A stretch of DNA of 32,000 nucleotides from Candidatus Saccharimonadota bacterium (GTDB lineage Bacteria; Bacillota_I; Bacilli_A; Mycoplasmatales; Hepatoplasmataceae), in contig NZ_CP006932.1 in the NCBI RefSeq assembly GCF_000582535.1, positions 450,001-482,000 of the forward strand, in the 5' to 3' direction. The translations under genes were made by a program, and so were the position numbers. Below the pieces are notes generated by a model. The model had not been told where the DNA came from. It ran no database searches and was given only the letters and a program-made list of their open reading frames with translations. Positions within the stretch are counted from its first letter, which is position 1, and each line of letters starts with the position of its first letter. Of this stretch, positions 1 to 9,509 are shown one piece after another.

Positions 1-477
1 ATTTACAATTGTAATTAATCTTTTTTTTCTTTTTTCTTCGATAATTGAAAAAAGATCCATTCCTGTTGATATGATAATTTTGTAATTTATTTTAAAGGGA
101 AAATTATCTAAAAAACTATTTATTTCAATTGCAGCTGTAAGCAAATTTCCTTCTTGAAAATTATTAACTGAATAATGATCTATGAAAGCATAAATCTCAG
201 TTCCAAATAAATGATAATTATTTATTTGATAATAATTTAAAATTTTTAAAATACTTTCTGTATAAAGATTGATAAATTTTAATTGATCTTTTTCTTTTAA
301 TTTTTCGATCAAAATCTGATAATTTTCAATATTTATATAAATTGTTGTAATCTTTAATTTATGATTACTACCACTTAAAAATTTCTTAATATCAGGAAAA
401 TTATTATTAATATTTACATCAATTTCATCAATCGTTCTAATCTTTTTTTTAATATTTAAACGCAAAGAACGAATCAC
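1..477 (-). CDS. hypothetical protein, 3' end cut by window edge
   Basis: The frame is open from GTG at 477-475 to position 1 (159 codons, no TAA/TAG), and an in-frame TAG lies just upstream at 481-483. Translation begins VIRSLRLNIKKKIRTIDEIDVNINNNFPD... No motif recognised. Start codon uncertain. Confidence 0.4.
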   Translation of the reverse strand, partial: MIRSLRLNIKKKIRTIDEIDVNINNNFPDIKKFLSGSNHKLKITTIYINIENYQILIEKLKEKDQLKFINLYTESILKILNYYQINNYHLFGTEIYAFIDHYSVNNFQEGNLLTAAIEINSFLDNFPFKINYKIIISTGMDLFSIIEEKRKKRLITIVN

Positions 478-571
478 AGCCTAATTTTATTTCCTTATCA
501 TTTTTTATAATACAAACAAATTATAAACTTTATTAATGATTTAATAAAAGTTTATAAATGCAAAAATTGTT

Positions 572-1153
572 CTATTCTAATCTTTCATCAGAAATAGAAA
601 CAGAATTTATAAATAAAAGATAAATTCCATTAATTGCTAGTGTTATAAAAGCAATAACAAGCATTATAATATCATCTACTGTGTATTTTTCAACAATTTC
701 TATTCCCGGAATATTATTTATAATATTTCAAGCTGGATCATTTTGATATAAATTTGCATAATATAATATTTTTTCAGCATAAAAAAAATATAAAGTAATA
801 AATAAAATAATCACAATTGCAATAAAAAGACCATAATATATATTTTGAAATTTGGCGATTTTAAAACTAGTAATTAAAAAAACAATAGAAACAGCAAAAA
901 TTGCTGCAAAAATAAACATAAATACGATTGGTGTATATGTTTCTTTATCTAAATCAGAAGCAATTGGAAATCCATCTAAATCATTATTAAATTTAACTGT
1001 ATCAGATAATTTAATTGATGCAACTGTAAAAAAAGAAACTAAAGTAACTACTGCAAAAATTAAAAAAACAAACTTAAAAATAAAAAATTTATCTTCAAAT
1101 GTTAACTCTCTTTTTTCCTTATTTTTTGCTTTTGCCATAATTAAATTATACAA
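572..1153 (-). CDS. hypothetical membrane protein
   Basis: Track ORF 728..1153 continues through an in-frame TGA (728-730) to TAG at 572-574, giving 193 aa. Several long hydrophobic segments (FIFKFVFLIFAVVTLVSFF, IVFMFIFAAIFAVSIVFLI, LFIAIVIILFITLYFF). The ATG at 1153 directly abuts the engB stop (1154-1156). Confidence 0.55.
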
Positions 1154-1750
1154 TTAAAAATAATTTGAAAATAAATTTTTGATTGCTCTTAAATTAGTTT
1201 TATTTATTGCTGAATATAAAATAATATTATTTTTATTTAATTTAATTTTAATTTCCTTTATAAATGCTGCTTTTTCTTTTTGATTTACCTTATCTAATTT
1301 AGTAGCAACAATTTGATAATTTATCTTATTTTCTTGTAAATAACTAATCATTAAAAAATCATCATTTGAAAGTTTTCTTCTAATATCTAAAAGTAAGATT
1401 GCAAGATCCAAATTATTTCGCTTCGAAAAATAATCTCCCAGCATTTTAGAAAATATTTGCAATTGCTTTTTACTTACATTTGCATATCCATAACCAGGAA
1501 TATCGACCAAACGAAATTTATTATCAACATCAAAAAAAGAAATGGCACGTGTTTTTCCTGCTTTATTTGATTTTTTTGCAAGTTGTTTATTGTTTGCGAT
1601 TGTATTTATAAATGTTGATTTACCAACATTTGATCTTCCAATTATTACAATCTCTTTTAAATTATCATTAGGCATTTTATCTAAACTATCTGTAGTAAGT
1701 AAATACTTTACATTTTTTAAGAAATTATTATTATCTAATTGATCATTCAA
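1154..1750 (-). CDS. engB: ribosome biogenesis GTP-binding protein EngB/YsxC/YihA
   Basis: G1 motif IIGRSNVGKSTFIN, G3 DIPGYGYA and G4 ATKLDK at the expected spacing; 198 aa. The start is TTG at 1750, the only canonical-type start upstream of the conserved N-terminal region. A GGAG-containing patch (GGAGCGGGGG, plus-strand 1761-1770) lies about 13 nt upstream. Stop is TAA. Confidence 0.9.
   Translation of the reverse strand: MNDQLDNNNFLKNVKYLLTTDSLDKMPNDNLKEIVIIGRSNVGKSTFINTIANNKQLAKKSNKAGKTRAISFFDVDNKFRLVDIPGYGYANVSKKQLQIFSKMLGDYFSKRNNLDLAILLLDIRRKLSNDDFLMISYLQENKINYQIVATKLDKVNQKEKAAFIKEIKIKLNKNNIILYSAINKTNLRAIKNLFSNYF
1731..1750 (-). repeat. 3'-terminal coding repeat shared by permease paralogues C and D (copy 1)
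   Basis: Plus-strand ttatctaattgatca (1731-1745) is identical to 2975-2989, and the next 5 nt match 4/5. It encodes WSIR-stop in both genes. In this copy it also overlaps the engB TTG start. Confidence 0.6.
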
Positions 1751-2933
1751 ATTTTTTCACCCCCGCTCCTATAAAAACAATAATCATTACTAAAGGTGTA
1801 AATGAATAAAGAATTGATTGGGAATCAGAAATATCAAATAAAACAAAAGGATCAATAAAAAATTTAAGTCAATCTTCTGCTGGTTCCGAAAATAAATTTG
1901 TAATGAAAGTATTTAATGAATCAACATTTTTAAATACAATAGTAGCAGGAACTTCATTTCCTAAAAAATCAACTGAAATCTTTTCAAGATTTTGAAATGT
2001 TTCACTACTAAAAATACTAGGACCACCTGCTTGTACAGATTGAAATGATGCTTCAAGTTCAGAGTTAGTAGAACTAGCAAAAATAGTTGCATCATTTATT
2101 AAATTATCTCAATCTCAATTTTGCACATTTCCTAATTTATTAAAAATAACATCGGTAATTTCTGTTGCTGTCTCACTATTAAGACCGGCCTCTTCCAATA
2201 AACTTTCAATAAAATTATAAGTAGCATCATTTGATAATGCTATCTGCATTGTTTGATTTGAATAATAATTAGGGACTACGTATCTTAAATCAAGCAAAAT
2301 TTCAATCGATGGAATATCTTTACTTTTTCCAAATACAAAAATATTAGGAATTGAAGTATAAGTTCCAAACATAAAAAATAAAAGATAGAAAAATGATCAT
2401 AAATATAAAGTAGTAGAAGATTTTGAAAGTGAAATTAAAAGAAAAGCTAATCCATATGCAAGTAATACTCCTAAAATCAAGGAATAAAAATAAAGTCCTC
2501 ATTTTACATCTTCTCAATAAATATCACCTGATAACAATAATAATATTTTTTGATCTGATCAAAAACTCCAATCTGTAGCAAGAAAATTGCTATTCCCAAT
2601 CGTAAGAAAAAATACAATAAGCGAAATAATTATAATTATAATTGTTGTAAATATAAGTGCTGTAATTAAATTAACAATAAGAACTTTTGATTTACTCAAT
2701 CTTGTAAGCGAAATTGATTTAATAAGTGATGTTTTTCTAATTTCAAGAATTGTTCCTCCGAAAAGAAAAAAAGCAACCATAATAATTGAGATTGATACTA
2801 TTGTAGAATAAATATAACTAACAGGAACTACTTGCCCAAGCCCAAATAAAAAAGCTATTGGAAAGATAATTGAAACATATGTAAAAGGTGATTTTCCGTA
2901 TTGCTTTAAAATTGTTTTAAAATAGGGTCACAT
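1731..2933 (-). CDS. ABC transporter permease-like polytopic membrane protein (paralogue D; ABC-2 type suspected)
   Basis: ATG at 2933 (MWPYFKTILKQYGKSPFTY...). Track fragments 2559..2780 and 2115..2372 are in the same frame and joined only by TGA codons; I checked 2373-2558 codon by codon and found no TAA/TAG. Ends ...GAGVKKFEWSIR-TAA at 1731-1733, 400 aa. The N-terminal ~110 aa align residue by residue with the 2975..4411 product. A GAGGAAAGG SD-like sequence lies upstream. Confidence 0.6.
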
Positions 2934-2974
2934 TTATATTTACCTTTCCTCACTTAAATATTATAAATCACAAA

Positions 2975-2994
2975 TTATCTAATTGATCATTTAA
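2975..2994 (-). repeat. 3'-terminal coding repeat shared by permease paralogues C and D (copy 2)
   Basis: Plus-strand ttatctaattgatca (2975-2989) is identical to 1731-1745. It encodes ...HYFKWSIR-TAA. Confidence 0.6.
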
Positions 2995-4411
2995 AGTAAT
3001 GAATTCCAATTCCCCCAAATATTATTATTAATATTAAAGGTAAAAATGAATTTAACATTGAATCTAAATTTCCTCAATTTCAAGGCTCTGTATTTGCAAA
3101 AACTCTTTCTAATCCATCAAGATTCTCTAGTACTAATCTTATATATAAACTAAGATTTGTTGAAGTTTCTGCACTAATTTCTCCCCCTCCTGATACAATA
3201 AGAGAAATTTCTCTATTAGAAGGATCTCCAATTAATTGATAATCAATTGTAAAAACTGAAATTGTAATATTTCCACTTAATTCTCCTTCGGGGATAAATT
3301 GCCCAAACCCAGGAATGATAAGAATATTAGCTTCTATGTTATTAATTGTAAATGATGTTGTATCAGGATTTAAAATTAACATTAAAATTGAATCACTTAC
3401 TTCCCCTTCTAATGTTGCACTACTTATTGCTGTATTTGCTGCTGCAGCTGCAGCTGATCCAAATTCATAATCAATTATTGTAAGAACAATCGGTTCAATA
3501 TCTAATTGATTAAATGATCCATGTGCACTAAGTAAAATAAATAGATTTGACTCAAATCCTATTGCTGATAATTCATCACTTGTAATTTTTGTAAGATCAC
3601 CATCAAGACTTGATACATAATCTCCTAAGGCATATATGTCATCTTTTACAAGCGGAACATTAATATATTTTGTAAGTGTTTCAACAAAATCCGATTCTAA
3701 AAATTTAGCAAGATAAGAATTATTAGAAGCCATTGCGGATGACATCAATTGGTTTGTATAATAATGAGGAATAAATTTATAAACATTTTGTACAGGAGAA
3801 TTTACAAACATTCCTAGTACAACAGGAAGTATAATCCCTCCTAAAATTAAAATTAAAAGAAAATACAAAATAGAAACAATATAAAGAGCATTTGTTGTTT
3901 TTGTAAATGAAATAATTAGAAATGTAATTGAATAAGATAAACAAACAGTAAGAATTACTGCATAAATAAATGTAAATCAATAAATTTGATCTCAATTAAT
4001 ATCAAAATTTAAAAGAACTAATGGATTGGGATATTCATTTAAAAAATTTGAAAAATCAATTGCAAGATAACCAGATTGATAAATTCCAAATGAAAATGCC
4101 ATTATTACAATTGTTGTAAATAATGAAAAAACAGTAGCAACTATTATATTTACAGAAAAAATCGCTCCCTTTGATAATTTTGTAAGTGACATCGATTTAA
4201 TAAGAGAGGTTCTTCTTAATTCCTGAATTGAACCACCAAATAAAAATAAAATTGTAATCGTAATTCCTACTGTAATTGCAGAAGGAATAATAATTGCAGC
4301 AGGAATTAATTGTCCCAATCCAATAATAAGTATAAAAGGAAATAAAAAGGCAGAATATGTATAAGGAGATTTTAAATATTGCTTAAATAAAATTTTTATA
4401 TAATACCACAT
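2975..4411 (-). CDS. ABC transporter permease-like polytopic membrane protein with ~230-aa non-hydrophobic insert (paralogue C)
   Basis: Track ORFs 3992..4411 and 3080..3868 are in one frame, linked by TGA codons (e.g. 3992-3994, 3080-3082). The frame ends at TAA 2975-2977, giving 478 aa. About five N-terminal TM segments are followed by a ~230-aa polar region (VNSPVQNVYKF...ANTEPWNWGNLD) and a final TM (FLPLILIIIFGGIGIHYF). An AGAGGGAAG SD-like sequence lies ~10 nt upstream of the ATG. The gene lies directly downstream of the ABC ATPase. Confidence 0.6.
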
Positions 4412-4428
4412 TATTAGTCTTCCCTCTA

Positions 4429-6939
4429 CTAAACTTCTTTTTCTTTCTTGCTATCTATTTTTTGTACAATATCATAATTATTTTCAATTGTATCTGTTTT
4501 AAAATTTAAACTTTTAAGATCTAAAAATTTATCATTAATATCTTTATAAATATCAATAAAAATTTTCCTTACTGTAGATAAACTCATTTTTTTCAAATTA
4601 TGAATTTCAGAAACTTTTCCATCTTTTAAAATTATAAGTTTATCAACTAAACGATAAACTTCTACTGGATTATGACTTATTAAAACAAGATTTGCATTTG
4701 TTTGATCAAGATAATATTTAATATATTGATTAATTTCTTCGATTGATTCAACATCAAGTCCTGTTGATATTTCATCTAAAATTAATAAACTTGGTTGTTT
4801 TAATAAAGCAATAATAACATTTAAACGCTGTCTCTCTCCTCCTGACAAAACATCTCCATTTGATTTTAAAATATGATCTAATTTAAAAATATTTACTAAT
4901 TTTCAAAGTTCTTCTTCTGAAATTGCTCACATTGAAGTATTTAAAAATAATAAAAGAATATCTTTTACTTTTAAATCAGAAGGAAATTTAGATTCTTGAA
5001 ATTGCATTCCAATTTCGTGTTTTGCAATTGATCTTGATGGAGCAAAATAATATTTAATTCTTCCAGTTGTACTATTTAAAGTTGTTGCTAAGATTTCTGT
5101 AAGTGTTGTTTTCCCACTTCCATTTGGTCCTGTAATTGCAACTCTCTCACCTTTATTTAAATTTAGCATCACCCCATCGACAGCAGGTTTTATTCCAAAA
5201 TATTTTTTAACATTAATAATTCTAATTTGTTCTTTTTGATAATTTTTAAATAGTTCATTATTAAATATTTTTGGATATTTTTCTGGAATTTCCTGTAATA
5301 AAATAAGTTGATATGATAAATTTTTATTTTCTTCTTGTAAAACAGATTCTTTATCTAAAATTTCTTTTTCTATTTGATTAATATGTTCTTTATTTATTAT
5401 TATTTTTTTATGTTTTTTTGAAAATTCTTTTTGTTTTTTTAATTCTTGCTTACTAGCTTTTTGTTTTCTTAATGATTTTGTTTTTAATTTTCTTTTATAT
5501 TCAAAAATTTCAATTAATTCTTTATATTCATCAATTATTTTTTCTTGAATTGTATATATATCATCTTCAATTCGATTTTTTTTCGATTCTACTTTTCAAA
5601 TTTTATGATTAATTTTATTTATTTTTCGATCAATTAAACTATGAGAACTATTATTTTCTTTTGCTTCAATTGTTTTTTCTAATAAATGATCTCTTTCTAA
5701 TTTAAAATCAATCGATTTTTTATCATATTTATCAATTCCACTTTCTATTTTGATAATTTTAGTATTTTTTTTATCAATATTAATTTTAAATTCTGTTACA
5801 TCATCGAAATTTTTTTTAATAATTTTAGGAAAGAAATTAAAAATATTATAAAATTTGCTTTTTATATATTTTTTATCCACATTAAATTCAAAATTAAAAT
5901 CAATTTTTTCATCATTTCTTTTAATAAAATCATAAAAATTTTTATCATTTAATTTAGTAGAAGGCATTTCAAGAGAGATTACACCATTTTTTAAAAGAAA
6001 AACCGTATTTGTAAGATTTTTTATCTCTAAAAGATTATGTGAAATTAAAATAACTGTAATTTTATTTTCTTCAATATATCTTTTAAATAAAGATACAACC
6101 CTTTCATAAATATCAATATCTAATCCTGTAGATAATTCATCTAAAATTAACAATTTTGGTTTTTTAATAAAAGCAAGAAAAAGATTAACTCTTTGCTTTT
6201 GTCCTCCTGAAAGAGAAATTAATGTTTTATTATAAAATTTATCGATTCCAAATTCTTTAATTAAAATCTTTAATTCGCGATTTGTATATCTAATTTTCTT
6301 ATTAACCATACGATTAAAAAAAATAATAATTTCACTTACTTTATATCCTTCAGGATAATTTAATTTTTGAAATTGAATTCCAATGCTATCACCTAGATCT
6401 TCTTTTGATTTACCAACATAGTAAATTAAACTTCCATTTGTAGCTCCTTTTACCCCAGAAATAATATCTGCAAGAGTTGTTTTTCCTGAACCATTATGAC
6501 CAATAATTGATATTCGATCACCTTTTTTTATTTTTAAATTAATACCTTTTAAAACTTCTTTTTTACCAAAATTTTTACGAACATTTTTTAATTCAAGAAA
6601 ATAATTATTTTTAAAAATTTCTTCTAGACTTTTTATTTTTTCAAAATATTTTTTTCCTTCAAATTCAACATTATTTAATTTTTTTTGTAATTCTTCTATT
6701 CTTTTTTTTATATTTTCAATTTCTGCTAAATTATCATCATTATTTTCTTCTTGCAACAAAATAATTTTCGTTTCTAAATTTTTAATTTTTCTTTTTAAGT
6801 TATCTTTATTATCAATAATGACTTTGTATTTATTTATAAATCTTAAATAATCAACATTTAAAAAAATGGTTTTAAAATCGCTTTTTTCTTTTTCTTGTTG
6901 ATTATCTTGATTATTTTGTAAAACTTTGTTTTTTTTCAT
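4429..6939 (-). CDS. fused tandem-NBD ABC transporter ATP-binding protein (two complete ATPase domains, each preceded by a Lys/Glu-rich coiled-coil segment)
   Basis: NBD1 motifs: GHNGSGKTT (Walker A), IGIQFQ (Q-loop), LSGGQKQR (signature), LLILDELSTGLD (Walker B), ILISHN (H-loop). NBD2 motifs: GPNGSGKTT, IGMQFQ, LSGGERQR, LLILDEISTGLD, VLISHN. Track ORFs 5596..6939, 4927..5172 and 4429..4848 are all in one frame. The codons at 5596-5598 and 4927-4929 are TGA. I checked 5173-5595 codon by codon: no stop and no ATG/GTG/TTG. The real stop is TAG at 4429-4431, giving 836 aa. Confidence 0.75.
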
Positions 6940-7035
6940 TTTAAAAATTAAAAGATTTTATAAGTATCATTTAACTAATATTTTACATATTTTTATCTTT
7001 TTATTTTAATTTAGATATACTTATTTATTTAATAT

Positions 7036-8376
7036 TTAAATTTTTCCTTTCCTTTTTAAAATATCAAAATAAAATCCAATAAATCAATAAAAAATAATAT
7101 TTGCATAAGGTAAAGTTAATACCAATCATCAACCTGCATTTGTTGCTCTAAATGGTGTAAAGGAAATATTTGTATAAACTCCATCAGTATTTAATGGTAC
7201 TACAGTTCCATCTTTAATTGTAAATAATAAAATATTTGTATATTCAGGAAAATCTGATGTATTTACAGGAGGAACATAAGAAGGATCATACGGAATTATA
7301 TTCATACTTCTAAAAAATGCTGTAAATAACATTTGATTTATATGATAGAAAGGAAATATTTGTGAAAGGATTCATAAAAATGATCTTGTATCAATATCAC
7401 CAAAGTTTGTTACCTCATAATACTTATAATTAATAATTGTATTTTCATCTGGAGAAATATAATTATTATCATGAATATAAGTTTGTGTCGGTGGAATTGT
7501 AATTACATATGGATCAGATTGTGTTCCCTCTCCTGAAATTTTTATATAATCTGAATTACCATTTATAAAAAAACTAATGTATTGATTTTCTAAATTTCCT
7601 CGATTATTATATACTGAGTAATCAATTTTTGTCCCTTCAATTGTAGGTCCAAAAGCAAAAAATAAACATCCTCCGAAAACTAAATTTAAAAGAATGATTC
7701 CTGAGGAAATAACAAAAAATCCTTTAATATTTTTTGAATTAATTTGAATTGCAAAAGATAACACAAATGTAATTGCTGTAATTAATAATAAACAATAAAA
7801 TACAACCCCTCAACCAATTGTTTGAAAACTATAATCAACAGAAATAAATTGTTGTCCGTGAAATCTTGGAATTCCTACCGGAAAAGGAAAAACTGCTCAA
7901 ATGATATTTAATCAATACATTAAAAGAGTAAAGAAAATCGAAAATAACATCACAAGAGTATTTGAAAAAAGCATTAATAAAAAGATTGATGAATAAATGT
8001 AAAGACGATATCTCTTATTAAAAGAAAAATTACTATAAAAAGTCGAATTTCGAATATTATAAAAATATATTCCATATACTAAAAAACCATCAATTAAAAA
8101 ATTAAAAGATAAAGTTGGTGTAAGAGAAAAAAAAGGAGGAAAAATTAAACATAATGTAACTAACATTATTAAACAAATCATTAAAATATAAATTGTTGAA
8201 ATAGATGTAAAATACTTACGAAAAAGTAACCATAAAATGTTTCAAAAATTTTGTTTTGAATCAGTTTGTAAATTTTTATAAATTTTAATCTCTGAATCCA
8301 AATTCAACGAAATTTCTTGCTCAAGCGTTAATTCTTGTTTCTTTTTAGAATTTAATTTACGTTTGCTTTTTTCCAT
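7036..8376 (-). CDS. ABC permease-like polytopic membrane protein (paralogue B)
   Basis: ATG at 8376 (MEKSKRKLNSKKKQELTLEQE...). Fragments 7912..8181, 7372..7764 and 7129..7332 share its frame and are joined by TGA codons. TAA at 7036-7038, 446 aa. The ...LLFRKYFTSISTIYILM... region parallels ...HLKKYFTSFTTIFLYV... of the upstream gene. A ~200-aa largely polar region (YNNRGNLENQ...FRATNAGWW) lies in the C-terminal half, interrupted by one short hydrophobic stretch. Confidence 0.5.
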
Positions 8377-8385
8377 AATTATTGC

Positions 8386-9498
8386 TTAGCGATAATAATA
8401 AAAGTATTTTAACATTTTAATTTGTTTTTTAACAAAAAAGCTCTCAATTCCCAATAAGTAAATAAATGATATTATAAATGGACCAAATAAAACAAAATCT
8501 CAAAGAATACTATTAAAATAAAAATAATCAATTACAACTTCTTGATTTAAATAACTACTTCCTAAAAGATTTGGATTAGATATCATAAGTTCTAAATATT
8601 CATTTATATTATTATAATTCATTGTAATATTTGCAAACATAAATCTTGTCACCACATTAATATATCAATAGGGACAAAGCAATGAAAAAGCAAAAGGAAT
8701 TACTTGATCTTGATAATTTATTTCTGGTTCAATAATTATTAAATCTTGTATCGGATCATAATAACTATTAGGATTAGTAAGTGGACTAGGATAAAATCAA
8801 AATTGCATTACACTACCAAAACAAAAAGTGTAAAAAAGAACAAAAACTGTAGTATAAAGAAAATATGCTTCATTTTTAATAAATAAACTTAAAAATAAAG
8901 CTATCAAATATGTAATAAGTGTTGTTGCAAAGAAAAAATAAATAAATAACCATCAATTAATAGAATTTAATGTTAATCCAATATCAGTAAGGAAAATATT
9001 ATAATTGAAAAATCAATCATTATATATATATCCTATTTCAAGCAAAAGAAAAATAAGTAGAGAAATATAAATCATCATTAATATATTAGAAATAAATACA
9101 ATAACCAAAGTTGAAATATATAAATTTTTAAGTTTAACTTTTTGATAATTAATTAAAGCAGAAGATTTTATTCTAAAAAAACATGTAGAAAAAACAAAAA
9201 AAGTAGAAAGAATTAAAGCAGAAGAATAAGTTCCTGCTGTAAGTACATAAATTGGAGCAATTGTTGCAAGAAAAACAATAAAAAAGATTGGAATAACATA
9301 TAAAAAAATTGTAGTAAATGAAGTAAAATATTTTTTTAAATGAAAATATAGCATTTCAAAAAAATCTATATTCCGATCAATAGAAATATTTGATTTTATA
9401 ACCTCTTGTAGATAGACAAAATCAAAATCAGCTTTTAATCGATCAATTCTTTTTGCTATATTTTTCTTTTTTATTTTTTTTATATTATTTTTTTTCAT
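8386..9498 (-). CDS. ABC permease-like polytopic membrane protein (paralogue A)
   Basis: Track ORF 9013..9498 continues through TGA at 9013-9015. I checked every in-frame codon from 8389 to 9012 and found no TAA/TAG. TAA at 8386-8388, 370 aa. The segment FFRIKSSALINYQKVKLKNLYISTLVIV parallels IQELRRTSLIKSMSLTKLSKGAIFSVNIIV of paralogue C. Confidence 0.5.
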
Positions 9499-9509
9499 TA
9501 ATTAAAACT

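Noticed and set aside
1-477. The partial ORF loosely resembles a class III nucleotidyl cyclase / GGDEF-type palm pattern (KITTIYINIENY...LFGTEIYAF...KIIISTGMD).
   Set aside because: This is a pattern-level impression only. The metal-binding Asp positions would be Asn/Glu, the ORF is truncated by the window edge, and such hydrophobic-strand patterns arise easily in Ile/Asn/Lys-rich proteins. Left as hypothetical.
520-558. An imperfect AT-only hairpin (ttataaactttattaa / ttaataaaagtttataa) between the 572..1153 gene and the 1..477 ORF.
   Set aside because: There are no G/C pairs, there is one bulge and the downstream T-tract is weak. It cannot be told apart from background palindromes.
3777-3995. 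Minus-strand track ORF of 72 aa (MRSNLLIYIYLCSNSYCLF...).
   Set aside because: It is out of frame with, and nested inside, the continuous permease C reading frame (2975..4411). It is Cys/Tyr/Phe-rich nonsense typical of an off-frame read.
6929-9498. A8 homopolymer tracts just after the start codons of the ATPase (T8 on plus at 6929-6936) and permease A (ATGAAAAAAAAT at 9498), as possible phase-variation switches.
   Set aside because: MKK... N-termini and poly-A runs are the default in a genome this AT-rich. Nothing here, such as alternative frames or variable-surface-lipoprotein context, singles them out.
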